Shown one piece after another: positions 48,556 through 58,498 of a stretch of DNA of 64,000 bases. The translations under genes and the position numbers were made by a program. Within the stretch, counting starts at the first letter, position 1. Each line of letters begins with the position of its first letter. The stretch is from a virus (Duplodnaviria > Caudoviricetes). The stretch is taken from positions 1 to 64,000 of the IMG/VR virus record IMGVR_UViG_3300033121_001713; one strand, given 5' to 3'. The notes beneath the pieces are model-generated. The model saw only the letters and a list, made by a program, of their open reading frames with translations. It ran no database searches and was not told the origin of the DNA.

Positions 48556-50399
48556 TGTACGATAAGGCCAAGAAGAAATCAGTCGACGATGATTCAGGCA
48601 GAGTAATCTGGACCAGTGAAAAGGTCGAGAAGGCTCTGAAGGCGTTCGATGAGGGATATGACCTCAAGGACAGCCCATTCTATGAGAAGAAGACAGTCTA
48701 TCGCAAAGGTAACTTAGTCTACGAATACACGGATCTCGAGATCGCAGAGATCAAGCGCTGCGCCAAGGACATCATCTATTTTGCCAACACCTATTGTCAG
48801 GTGATGACAGACGATGGGTACCAGAAAGTAGTTCTGCGCGATTACCAAGAGGAGATCCTGAGGAATTACAAGGATCATCGTTTCAACATCCTACTGGCTT
48901 CTAGGCAGATTGGCAAGACCATCACCACTGGCATTTTCCTTGTTTGGTACATGCTCTTCAATATCGACAGGAATGTGCTATTGATGACTAACAAGGGTGA
49001 GACCACCAAGGAAGTCATCGATAAGATCAAGGCTATCGTTGAAGGCCTTCCGTTCTTCATGAAGCCCGGCATACTCAAGCTCGACGTCATGTCGATGAGG
49101 TTCGATAACGGATGTAGGCTGATTGGCCAGAACACGACCAAGAGAGGAGGTATCGGTTTCACCATTCATCTTCTCTTCCTGGACGAGTTCGCCCACATCC
49201 ATGAAAGCATCAAGGATGAGTTTTACGAGAACGTCTATCCGGTGTTATCCTCGTCGAAGGTCTCAAAGATTGTCATAACTAGCACTCCTAACGGCGAGGA
49301 CAAGTTCCATGACATTTACATGGCGGCCACAGAGGGCACCAACGAGTATCACTCATATCGAGTGGACTGGTGGCAGGCCCCTGGGCACGACGAGGAATGG
49401 AAGCGAAAGCAGATTCTCAATCTCGGCTCCGAAGAGGCCTTCAACCAGCAGTTTGGCAACATGTTCCTCTCTTCGGAGAGGCTGTTGCTTTCATCGACCG
49501 AGCTCAAGAAGATTATGTCGGATCAGGTCCAATTCGAGTTCAGGGAGTTCGAAGACCTGGATGACCTTGGCCTCGATTATAGCAGCCTCAAGTGGTTGCC
49601 TAGCTTCGACGAAAGCGAGTTTCAGACTGGCTTCTTTGCTGTCTCGGTCGATATAGCAGAAGGCATAGGCAGAGATCACAGTGTCATCAACATCTTTAGG
49701 ATCAAGCCGATGGATGACGATGACATAGACAGGATCGAATCACCGGCATCCATTTACGAATTCTTCACGCTCGAGCAGATCGGCGTGTTCAGGAGCAACA
49801 CATTGGATCCGGACGATTTCGCGAAAGTGCTCTACACAATCCTTGTCAAGATCCTTAACCAGGACAATACGAGGCTTGTCATCGAGTACAACACGTATGG
49901 CAGGGAGCTCATCAAGAACCTCTTCACAATCTATCCATCATCCAATCAGCTAGATGATGAGGTGCTCGTCAAGTATCTCCATACTGTCTCTGGCGTCAAC
50001 AAGAAGGTCGGCGTCAGGCTGAATGCGGATAACAAGAAGGTGTTCTGTGAAAAATCCAAGAGGGCCATCAGGGATGGAAAGCTCAGGATCCACGATAAGT
50101 TCACCGTCGACGAGTTCAAGACGTTTGCTAGGTCGAAGAATGGCACGTATTCAGCGCAAGGCAAGCGCCATGATGACCTTGTGATGACATGCGTCGAAGT
50201 TGTCACCTTCTTAGATACAGCCGACTTCAAGGAGATCGCTGAAGACATGCTAGAGACGATCGATGAGGAGAAAAGGGCCAAGATCGAAAGCCTAGTGGAT
50301 CAGTTCGATCACGAAGACGAAGACTCGGATTCTCCAGACATGAAGGATTTCTTTGGCTTTCAATCGGGTTTGCCAGACGACAGTTTTGGAATTGTCTGA
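48555..50399 (+). CDS. gp17: Terminase large subunit (gp17)
   Basis: LRDYQ, ASRQIGKT, LFLDEFAH, ITSTPNG, VDIAEG.G.D.S, IEYN, HDDLVM. Confidence 0.95.
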   Translation: MYDKAKKKSVDDDSGRVIWTSEKVEKALKAFDEGYDLKDSPFYEKKTVYRKGNLVYEYTDLEIAEIKRCAKDIIYFANTYCQVMTDDGYQKVVLRDYQEEILRNYKDHRFNILLASRQIGKTITTGIFLVWYMLFNIDRNVLLMTNKGETTKEVIDKIKAIVEGLPFFMKPGILKLDVMSMRFDNGCRLIGQNTTKRGGIGFTIHLLFLDEFAHIHESIKDEFYENVYPVLSSSKVSKIVITSTPNGEDKFHDIYMAATEGTNEYHSYRVDWWQAPGHDEEWKRKQILNLGSEEAFNQQFGNMFLSSERLLLSSTELKKIMSDQVQFEFREFEDLDDLGLDYSSLKWLPSFDESEFQTGFFAVSVDIAEGIGRDHSVINIFRIKPMDDDDIDRIESPASIYEFFTLEQIGVFRSNTLDPDDFAKVLYTILVKILNQDNTRLVIEYNTYGRELIKNLFTIYPSSNQLDDEVLVKYLHTVSGVNKKVGVRLNADNKKVFCEKSKRAIRDGKLRIHDKFTVDEFKTFARSKNGTYSAQGKRHDDLVMTCVEVVTFLDTADFKEIAEDMLETIDEEKRAKIESLVDQFDHEDEDSDSPDMKDFFGFQSGLPDDSFGIV

Positions 50400-50419
50400 G
50401 TAGATCGGCGCCCCGGGCA

Positions 50420-50427
50420 GATACATA
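50420..50427 (+). promoter_or_regulatory. Putative late promoter GATACATA
   Basis: CCGGGCA-GATACATA upstream of the sheath gene. Confidence 0.65.
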
Positions 50428-50450
50428 CGTCAAACAAATAGTGGCGCTTC

Positions 50451-53400
50451 ATGGCAATCTCACCTAGCCTGTCAAAGTTCGTTTCGAGCGGAGTCTACAG
50501 GCTCGTCATCGATCGAAGCCAGGTCATCAACAACATCTCCCAGACCCTGAGGCTGATAATCGGCTTCTCGAAGAAAGGTCCTTTCAACACCCCAGTGTTC
50601 GTTCAGGATTCGGTTTTCTTCAAGGCGATCTTCGGAGAAATTGACCTGCAGCTCGAAAGAAAGGGTTCGTTCTTCCATAGGACGGTCCTAACCTGTCTCG
50701 AGCGAGGCCCTGTCGTAGTCTTGAACCTGTTGAATCTTGACAACGATGTCGACAAGGCTGACTTCCGTTCGGTCTCTACCGCAGCATGGCAAGCCAACTC
50801 GAGCAGGGTCAATACCGCAGTCTCGAATTTCTTCAACAAGGACAAGTTCTGGTTCTCCGATCCTAAGGCCTTGATCGCTACCGCGGCTGATACCGATGTA
50901 CAGAGCGCAGTGGCCAATAGGCTCCTGAACATCGCGAATACCGGTCGCAAAACGATCTCGGTCATCACCAAGAAGTCAGACATCCTGGGCTTCGATGCCA
51001 TCGCCAAGGATTACTTCGGTGCTGGTAAGGTGCCAGAGTTCATGAAAGACAACGACTACATCTACGATTACCTCGTAGACGTCATCGTCGTGGAAGGAGA
51101 TTTCTCCGACTACACCGCTCTCTCATTGGATCCGGTGTTCGGCCCTTATTTCGATTCGACCGGTCTCAAGAAGACCTATGTCGATCAGTTCGGATTCGAG
51201 AGGGACGGCCTCGATGCATTCCTCTCCCTCGAGAACGTCAACGTGCTCGGCGTTTACACTGGCGCAATGATCCCTGATTTCATCACGAAGTCCGGTGAAC
51301 CAATCTATATCGAGGACATTGTCAACCGCGAGACCAGCAAGACTGGCCTCCTGCTCTCTATCGATCGCCAGGTCTTCGACGATGAACCAGAAACTATCTC
51401 TGGAGACAGGCTTGATCTGGTCGGTCATACGCTGGAATCCGAACAGCCTGCTCTGCTAGATTTCATGTCCTACTATGGGACCATTTCTGGAACCTCCGGT
51501 TTCACTGGTTCAACCGGTATCACTTCTCTGATAGTAGCTGCTACTGCCGGCGTCGCAGGAGCCCAGGCCCTTCTCAGCGCATCTACTGCCCTCCAGGCCG
51601 CAGCCGGTTGGACGAACGGTAGGTACGACACGATGACGATCTATGGTCCGTCGGCCACTTTGCCTTCCGGATTCACGTCGGCATTCATTTCAGCTGCCGA
51701 GATGGCCGCATTCGTCGCCGATATTTCGACGAGCACCTCCTTCGTGAAGGTTGGAGCATCGGCCACCACCGGTTCGTCTGCCAACTATTCCGACGTCAGC
51801 TCCGCGGTTTACTCTTCCACGACCGACACTCTCACGGTGAAAGTGTCCTATCTTGTGAGCGCGAGCGAAGGCGTCACTGGCCCGACATCGAACTCGAACG
51901 GCTTCCTGCATATCCTGGCAACTGGCGCAACGCCTAACGGTGGAACTGCATCGGTTCCGATCATCAAGAAGCTCGATTTCGTCTTCGCTGCTGGTGGTTG
52001 GATCTACGCTGGTAAGGACAGCACCCTCTATCAACAGAATCTGGCCGGTACTTTGACCGATGGCGATGGCGTCATCGTGAGCGGCGCCTCATATGGTTAC
52101 GCTCAGTTCAATCGAGTGCAGACCTTCGATTTCTCTGGCGCCACGTTCTCTGGGGTCTCTTCCTTCGGTTCAGAGACGCCAACTCTCACCAAGCAGAAGA
52201 ACTATGTCACCGTCAGGGCTTATGACAACAACGATTTCACTGGTGCGACTTCCATCGCTGCTGCGACTTCGTATGTCTTCAGGAGCTTCACTGGCGATCT
52301 GAACGAGTCCTTCGAGGTCTGGGGCGGTACTTCCTACCCAACTCCTACGAACACTGTCTACTTTGACAATGGATCTACTGGCCCTCTGGGTCTTGATGGA
52401 TTCACAGGAGAGATCAGGAAGGGCCAAGGCCTGGTCATGAACTTCGGCGGCACCGGTGGAGCTACATCGATCGATCCATTGACTGGAAAGTCAAGGCTCA
52501 CGAAGATCGTCTCTGTTACGGAGTACACCGATCCTACTTCGCCTCTTTACAAGAAGATCAAGGTGGTCACAGTGGATCCGATCTTCATCAATGGCAACGA
52601 AGTTGAGCGCTACAAGAACATCGTCGATTTCGTCGAGCACTACAGGTTCCATGTTCTCAGAGGATACACTCTAAGGACGGAGCAGATGCCTGACGGCACG
52701 GCCACCAGGGAGAATGAAATCCTCCAAGTCCTCTACGACACTGGAATTGCCAACGCATTGGCTGACCGCGAGGTGGTGCAGTTCAGGTACCTGGTCGACT
52801 CTTTCCAAGGCACCATCGAGCCAGGCACCAAGGTTCGCCTCTCGAGGCTGGCCATGAACAGGCAAAACGTCTTGGCGATCGCTAACATGCCTTCTGTCGA
52901 GCAGTTTAGGGAGAGCAAAAACCCGCTATTCAAGTTCGACTCTGCATCTGGTTTCGATGCTCGATACATCAAGGATGGCGGTAATCTCGACCTGAATCCG
53001 ACCAATACGTTCAGCCTACCTGGCATCAACGATGGATCGAATTTCATCGCTTTCTACGGGCCTAACCTCTTGGTTCGTGAGAGCGGAAAGACGATCTCGA
53101 TCCCACCGGCTGGACATGTGTCTAACCTGTACATCGACAAATACAACCTCGCCCTGCCATATGCGATCGTCGCCGGCCCAAGGAGAGGCGTCGTTACTGG
53201 CACCGGCCTACAAGGCGTCGAATACAACTTCGATAGGACAGACCTCGATTACATCGAGCCATTCGGATACAATGCGATCCTCAACAAGAGAGGATTTGGG
53301 TTGGTCATCAATGCTAACCAAACTGCCCAACAGAACGTGCTCTCGGCCCTCAGCCAGATCCACGTTCGCGAGTTGGTGATCTATGTTCAGGAAGGCATCG

Positions 53401-53678
53401 AGGCTATTCTCAAGAACTACGTGTGGGAGTTCAATACTCCACAGGTTCGCCTTGAGATCAAGACCCTTGCAGATGGTTTCATGAAAGGCATCCTGGCGGA
53501 TCAGGGAGTATATGACTTCCAGAACGTAATGGATTCCTCGAACAACACCGACGAGGTCATCCAGGACAATAAAGCCATCCTTGACACCTACATCGAGCCG
53601 GTCCGTGGCATGGGAGCTATCATCCATAGGACCATTCTGCTCAAGAAGGGTGTTATAAAAACGGGGAATTTCTTGTGA
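50451..53678 (+). CDS. gp18: Tail sheath protein (gp18) with large Gly/Thr/Ser-rich insertion
   Basis: SGVY, GFSKKGPFNTP, IPPAGHV, VAGPRRG, SALSQIHVREL, WEFNT...R, MDSSNNT, IEPVRG. Confidence 0.92.
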   Translation: MAISPSLSKFVSSGVYRLVIDRSQVINNISQTLRLIIGFSKKGPFNTPVFVQDSVFFKAIFGEIDLQLERKGSFFHRTVLTCLERGPVVVLNLLNLDNDVDKADFRSVSTAAWQANSSRVNTAVSNFFNKDKFWFSDPKALIATAADTDVQSAVANRLLNIANTGRKTISVITKKSDILGFDAIAKDYFGAGKVPEFMKDNDYIYDYLVDVIVVEGDFSDYTALSLDPVFGPYFDSTGLKKTYVDQFGFERDGLDAFLSLENVNVLGVYTGAMIPDFITKSGEPIYIEDIVNRETSKTGLLLSIDRQVFDDEPETISGDRLDLVGHTLESEQPALLDFMSYYGTISGTSGFTGSTGITSLIVAATAGVAGAQALLSASTALQAAAGWTNGRYDTMTIYGPSATLPSGFTSAFISAAEMAAFVADISTSTSFVKVGASATTGSSANYSDVSSAVYSSTTDTLTVKVSYLVSASEGVTGPTSNSNGFLHILATGATPNGGTASVPIIKKLDFVFAAGGWIYAGKDSTLYQQNLAGTLTDGDGVIVSGASYGYAQFNRVQTFDFSGATFSGVSSFGSETPTLTKQKNYVTVRAYDNNDFTGATSIAAATSYVFRSFTGDLNESFEVWGGTSYPTPTNTVYFDNGSTGPLGLDGFTGEIRKGQGLVMNFGGTGGATSIDPLTGKSRLTKIVSVTEYTDPTSPLYKKIKVVTVDPIFINGNEVERYKNIVDFVEHYRFHVLRGYTLRTEQMPDGTATRENEILQVLYDTGIANALADREVVQFRYLVDSFQGTIEPGTKVRLSRLAMNRQNVLAIANMPSVEQFRESKNPLFKFDSASGFDARYIKDGGNLDLNPTNTFSLPGINDGSNFIAFYGPNLLVRESGKTISIPPAGHVSNLYIDKYNLALPYAIVAGPRRGVVTGTGLQGVEYNFDRTDLDYIEPFGYNAILNKRGFGLVINANQTAQQNVLSALSQIHVRELVIYVQEGIEAILKNYVWEFNTPQVRLEIKTLADGFMKGILADQGVYDFQNVMDSSNNTDEVIQDNKAILDTYIEPVRGMGAIIHRTILLKKGVIKTGNFL

Positions 53679-53694
53679 CTGTAAGTAATTGAGG

Positions 53695-54411
53695 ATGAAC
53701 GACTTCTACGTCTACATTCACATTCACCACAGCCAAGGCTACCCGGTGATCTTCTACGTCGGAAAGGGCTTGCGAAAGCGAGCCTTTTCTGACTTAAGGA
53801 ACATCTTCTGGCATCGAACTGTGGCCAAATATGGTCCACACGAAGTGATCATCCACAAGGAGAACCTGACCGAACAGGAAGCCTTCGATCTCGAAGTCTC
53901 CTTGATCAAATCCATCGGCCGTCGAAACAACGGAACTGGCACTCTCGTCAATCTTACGGATGGCGGAGAAGGATGTTCTGGTTGGATTCCGACTGCTGAA
54001 ACCCGGGCCAAGAGGTCTGCTTCGATGATGGGTAAGAACACAGGCCCTAGAGGACCTCTCTCCGAAGCGCACAAGGCCAAGATGTCCAAGTCAACCAAAG
54101 GCCGCAAAATGCCGCCCGAATTCGGCGAACACCTCTCCAAGGTCAAGAAGGGCAAGCCATCCCCGCTCAAGGGCCGCGAGCGCAGCCCAGAGACGGTCGC
54201 CAAGATGAAGGCCGCCTGGGCCAACCGCGAGCGCACCCACAAGCCGCTCTCCGACGAGCAGAGAGTCAACCTCTCCGCCTTCTGGAAGGGCAAGCCCAAG
54301 TCCGAGGATACCAAGGCAAGGATGCGCAGGCCAAAGTCGCCGGAGCACATCGCCAAGATCCAGGCCACTCGAAAGAGAAACAGGGAGGCCAGGCTGGCCC
54401 TTCAACCATGA
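53695..54411 (+). mobile_element. Free-standing GIY-YIG homing endonuclease with NUMOD3 repeats
   Basis: FYVYIH...FYVGKG..KRA, LE..LI, LVNLTDGGEG, repeated S.E.RAKMS motifs. Confidence 0.85.
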
Positions 54412-55871
54412 GGAACATCCCAAAATACGACGAGTTCGTGAGCGAGACCAAGCTCAGGGTGGAGAGGATCAAGGTGGTCTTCAAGGGCAATCTGCCGCCT
54501 CGACTCGTGGCGCACGCCGAGAGATGGGACCTTGAGTATGGCGACAACTGGATCCTCTTCACCGGAAAGCCAGGCGAGCTCAGAAACACCGAGCCAAACG
54601 TCCTAGACGGCATCCCGAAGCAAGATTACCGGATGATCGAGCTAGACGACGATGACAACGAGGTGAACGAGAGCTACGGCGGCAAGCTGAATGATGTTTC
54701 CGACGACATCATTACCGCCGCGATCTCGATCGGCCTCAAGCCGCACCTCTTCGTCCACACCATCCATGGCGATGGCGTGCATGTCGAGTTCGGGGCCAAC
54801 GTCAAGCTCGAGACGATCGAGCGGCTCTCGAAGGAGCTCGGCAAGATGGGCCGGGACGTCAAGGCAACGCGGAGCGGCGAGAGGAGCGAGCTCGTGGTGA
54901 ACGAGAGCTCAATCAACGAAAGCTTGACATCGTTTCCGAGCAAGATCAAGATCCTTAGGGATGTTCAGCTTTGGAAATCGGCCAATGTCCAGCCGAGGAT
55001 AGTATACGCTTCAACAAAACCTGGAAAGGAATATCGATCCGATGGGATAGTATGGAGGGCTGGTTCAGTCCCATTCGCTCAGTCGACCGCGGATCAATCC
55101 GGAGGCGTGAGCTATAAGGTTTCCAGGTTTCAAAAGCATCAGGGCTATGTGAAGTTGCAAGATCTGGATGCCCTAATTTCGAGCGGTGATATTCTACCTT
55201 ACAGCGGTGATCAGGAACTTGATGATTACATCAGAGACAAGGGCCTCGAAAGCGCTTCGAGGAAATTCGCCCACACCAAAGGCGATAGAGTGTACATTCG
55301 TTGGAGGGCCGAACAACTCGGTAAATCTGGATCGATCCAAGAATCAATCGAATCCGGGATGTCGGATGACCAGATCATCCGATGGATCAACGACCTCGAC
55401 ATGCCAGAGTCGAAGACGAACGAGGTGATCGGCCATGCGCTAGAATATCATCCAAGGCCAAAGGATACTAAAGAGCTCAAGGAAATCGTCGATGACGTCT
55501 TAAAGAGAATGGGCGTCAAACAGTTTGAGTCCCTCCGAAATCTGCCTAGCTATGAGCTCCTTGAGGCTAATGGCCCGCATTGGATCAGGACATCCTTCGG
55601 CATCGAGATCGATGGAAATAAGTTCGAACTTCGTGGAGACCAGAATATGGGATACACTGATCTCGGTAAGAACAAATTCGACAAGAAATACAGCTATACC
55701 GGACCAAAAACCAATCTAAGAGATCTTCTTGCAAAGGCTGAGCAGATCTGCGATCAGTGGAACGAGGCCGGAGATGGCCAATGGTTTGTCGATGCTGGAA
55801 GGTTTGGCGATCTATCGATCTACTATCGAAAGAAGATTGGGCCTGTTTGGCCAGAAGAGATCAGGGAATGA
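54408..55871 (+). CDS. Capsid-targeting-tagged mosaic polyprotein
   Basis: N-terminal MRNIPKYDEFVSE; junctions VNES, VNESSINES, IQESIES; internal second tag LRNLPSYELLEA. Confidence 0.7.
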   Translation: MRNIPKYDEFVSETKLRVERIKVVFKGNLPPRLVAHAERWDLEYGDNWILFTGKPGELRNTEPNVLDGIPKQDYRMIELDDDDNEVNESYGGKLNDVSDDIITAAISIGLKPHLFVHTIHGDGVHVEFGANVKLETIERLSKELGKMGRDVKATRSGERSELVVNESSINESLTSFPSKIKILRDVQLWKSANVQPRIVYASTKPGKEYRSDGIVWRAGSVPFAQSTADQSGGVSYKVSRFQKHQGYVKLQDLDALISSGDILPYSGDQELDDYIRDKGLESASRKFAHTKGDRVYIRWRAEQLGKSGSIQESIESGMSDDQIIRWINDLDMPESKTNEVIGHALEYHPRPKDTKELKEIVDDVLKRMGVKQFESLRNLPSYELLEANGPHWIRTSFGIEIDGNKFELRGDQNMGYTDLGKNKFDKKYSYTGPKTNLRDLLAKAEQICDQWNEAGDGQWFVDAGRFGDLSIYYRKKIGPVWPEEIRE

Positions 55872-55884
55872 TGCCGGTCCGACT

Positions 55885-55892
55885 AATAGATA
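55885..55892 (+). promoter_or_regulatory. Putative late promoter AATAGATA
   Basis: Upstream of the tail tube gene. Confidence 0.6.
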
Positions 55893-55946
55893 CAGCTAGA
55901 CCAGCCAGCCAAGTTTGCTGATTGGACAAACAAAACAGAAACGCCA

Positions 55947-56501
55947 GTGCCAGGGCTACCACACTTCCTCAACAATCGTGCGGCTACGAAGCACTTCGAA
56001 CCGGTTTATCAGAACCACTTCGAGGTGACCATTATCCCGCCTTCCCAGGTAGCTGGCGGCGAGATCCTTCTGGAGCACGTTAACAAGATCGGCGGACTAG
56101 AATCCGACAAGGGTTCCGCTGCGATCGATCAGAAATACAAGTTCGCCAAGCGTTCGTACGCCAGCGGTGAGCCCACCGACACTGTCGTGGACCTCACGAT
56201 CGATTTCTCGTTGAACCTGAACAACAACAACGAGATGTACGTCTACAAGACGCTGCGTGACTGGTCGAGATTGATCTACAATCCTCTTACCGGCGCACAG
56301 GGCCTCAAGAAGGACTACGTCGGAACCATCATCGTCCAGAACTACACCAGGGATGGCAACATCTTCTGGCAGAGGACATTCCACGACGCTTTCATCACCG
56401 GTAACATCCCAGCTCTTGAACTCAGCTATGAGGGCGGCGAGAAGCTCGACCTGACGGGCGTAACGTTCCGATGCGATTGGTGGGAGGAGGCAATGATCTG
56501 A
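55947..56501 (+). CDS. gp19: Tail tube protein (gp19)
   Basis: EPVYQNHFEV, LTIDF, LRDW..LIYNPLTG..GLKKDY, LELSY, FRCDWWEE. Confidence 0.85.
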   Translation: MPGLPHFLNNRAATKHFEPVYQNHFEVTIIPPSQVAGGEILLEHVNKIGGLESDKGSAAIDQKYKFAKRSYASGEPTDTVVDLTIDFSLNLNNNNEMYVYKTLRDWSRLIYNPLTGAQGLKKDYVGTIIVQNYTRDGNIFWQRTFHDAFITGNIPALELSYEGGEKLDLTGVTFRCDWWEEAMI

Positions 56502-56545
56502 AGGTCAATTAGTTATGAGCCTTCAGTTAAACTAACTTAGATGAT

Positions 56546-56576
56546 CAGCCTCCAGCAATGGAGGCTGGTTACTTTT
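56546..56576 (+). terminator. Terminator hairpin after the tail tube gene
   Basis: CAGCCTCCA-GCAA-TGGAGGCTG followed by GTTACTTTT. Confidence 0.75.
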
Positions 56577-56577
56577 G
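56570..56577 (+). promoter_or_regulatory. Bacteroidota-type -7 element TACTTTTG, 4 nt before endonuclease ATG
   Basis: Matches TAnnTTTG; ATG at 56582. Confidence 0.55.
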
Positions 56578-56581
56578 CACC

Positions 56582-57241
56582 ATGTCCAATTTCGTAAAGT
56601 TGGGTCACCCTGGCGATGAGCCAATCTTCTGTGTGTACTTTCATCTGAAAGAGGGTGTGGCCGAAGTCTTCTACGTCGGGATCGGAAGTGAAAAGCGAGC
56701 CTTTTCCAGGGCCAATCGATCCAAGTTCTGGCATCACGTCGTCGAGAAACACGGATATGATGTTCTCATTGAAGATGATGGTTTGACTTGGGCCCAAGCA
56801 TGTGAGCTTGAGAAGAAGTACATTGCTTGGTTCGGACGTCGGATCGATAACAGCGGCACATTGGTGAACCTGACACCCGGTGGAGATGGAGTGGTGGGAA
56901 TGGTACGTTCCGCCGAGTACCGCGCCAAGATCTCGGCCCATCGGACCGGGACACACTGCTCGTCAGAGACGAAGGCCAAGCTGTCAGCCGCCAACAAGGG
57001 CAATCAGAAGCTCATCAAATCACTGACAGGCCGCAAGATCTCCGATTCTCACAAGGAGAACATCTCGAAGGCCAATGTCGGCAAGACCCTGACATCAGAA
57101 CACCGAGCCAAGCAATCCACCGCCTTAATGGGCCGAAAGTTCAATGATGGCCGAGGCAAGAAGATCTCCGAGAGGTTGAAAGCCTACAACGCCCAGAAGA
57201 GAGCGGAGAGGGCCATTGCCGACAGCATAGAGCCGGCATGA
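56582..57241 (+). mobile_element. Second GIY-YIG/NUMOD3 homing endonuclease
   Basis: FCVYFH...FYVGIG..KRA, LE..YI, GTLVNLTPGGDG, S.E.KAKLS repeats; paralogous to the 53695 gene. Confidence 0.85.
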
Positions 57242-57459
57242 ACATGTACCTTCTCATCGGTCCCAAAGATTGGATGCGCTGTCCTGTTTGCGGCGACAAA
57301 AGCGCGCCAGCCAAGTATCGAGGCAAGATGAGTTTTGATGAGAAGAGAGGGAAAATGGCCTGCAATCGGTGTGACTTTTCCTTCGCTCTCGGTGACCTCA
57401 AACCGAAACCGGAGCTTACTCGGGCGGTCGAAATGATGCAGGCGATTTCCGATAGATAG
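57238..57459 (+). CDS. Small Zn-ribbon protein
   Basis: CPVC...CNRC. Confidence 0.6.
   Translation: MNMYLLIGPKDWMRCPVCGDKSAPAKYRGKMSFDEKRGKMACNRCDFSFALGDLKPKPELTRAVEMMQAISDR
57451..57458 (+). promoter_or_regulatory. Putative late promoter GATAGATA, 7 nt before ATG
   Basis: Motif match; ATG at 57466. Confidence 0.65.
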
Positions 57460-57465
57460 CATCCG

Positions 57466-58032
57466 ATGAAGAACATTCCTACGTTCGAAACCTTTAACCC
57501 GGAAGCGCCTCTGTTGGAATCTGCTGGGGTTGGGACGATCACATTGGTCCCGATGAAGGGAGCCGGAATGTATGGCGATGATCATCCTGAAGGAACAATG
57601 GAAGCCGATGGCCTAAGCTTCGAACAGGCCAAGGCGATTGAGAAGCTGTTCAGCTTGAAGACCGGTAACGCGCCGGATGGATATGATGTTACCAAGATCG
57701 AAACTGACAAGGACGCTCATCATGGAGGCGCCGACATGTCGGTTGCAATAAGGTACAATCAGCCAAACCATTTCATCGAGCTCACCAAAGAGATGGATGG
57801 ATCTTGGACTCTCACATGCGGTCCAAAGGCGGTCGAGAGGATCAGAAAGGCCCTTGGGATGGACGAACAGTCTATCTGGCCCAAGATTCAATCTGACATC
57901 ATCAAGGCTGAGGATGGCCTTAAAAAGGCTATGAGTACTTTGGGATCGATCGATCCAAAACATGGCGCATTGCAATCGATGTCAGAGGCCACCAGTGCTC
58001 TCGAGGTCGTTAGGCGCTATTTCAAGCAATGA
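57466..58032 (+). CDS. Capsid-targeting-tagged hypothetical protein
   Basis: N-terminal MKNIPTFETF...LLES. Confidence 0.7.
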   Translation: MKNIPTFETFNPEAPLLESAGVGTITLVPMKGAGMYGDDHPEGTMEADGLSFEQAKAIEKLFSLKTGNAPDGYDVTKIETDKDAHHGGADMSVAIRYNQPNHFIELTKEMDGSWTLTCGPKAVERIRKALGMDEQSIWPKIQSDIIKAEDGLKKAMSTLGSIDPKHGALQSMSEATSALEVVRRYFKQ

Positions 58033-58496
58033 AGAACATTCCAACATACGACGAGTTTGTCAACGAGTCGTTCTGGCTTTCTACTACAGAGTACAAATCG
58101 TCTGACGATAACGGTACCTCCTTTCTGAATGTTTCTGGCGTGCCGGGTTATAGGCCTAGCGCCTTTCTTGAACCTATTGAAGCAGCCCTCAAGAAGACGA
58201 ACGGCCTGATCACTAAGGAGATCGCTGAACTGGCGAAAAGCCTTGCGAATAAAGTGAACCGGACCAAAACATCGTTGGATAAGGACCTAGCGTTCGATCC
58301 GGCCGATTTTTGGCTTGAGAATCGAAGACAGGAAGGAAAGCCCTATGGCAAATTCAGGAAATCCGTCTCTGGGTTCGATTACGTAGATGCCGCTTACTCT
58401 TCTCCTGGAACTTTTTGGGTGGCACGATGGATGTCCCTCAATATTGGAAAAACTCTCCATCGCGACACTCCAAACAGCAATTTCCTCTCTTACTGA
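58029..58496 (+). CDS. Capsid-targeting-tagged hypothetical protein
   Basis: N-terminal MKNIPTYDEFVNES. Confidence 0.7.
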   Translation: MKNIPTYDEFVNESFWLSTTEYKSSDDNGTSFLNVSGVPGYRPSAFLEPIEAALKKTNGLITKEIAELAKSLANKVNRTKTSLDKDLAFDPADFWLENRRQEGKPYGKFRKSVSGFDYVDAAYSSPGTFWVARWMSLNIGKTLHRDTPNSNFLSY

Positions 58497-58498
58497 CC

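Noticed and set aside
58415-58498. Longest-ORF starts in the track (58415, 9837, 10635, 11995, 18615, 44298, 56558, 26457 on minus)
   Set aside because: They overlap upstream genes; downstream starts fit motif boundaries, translational coupling and promoter positions better
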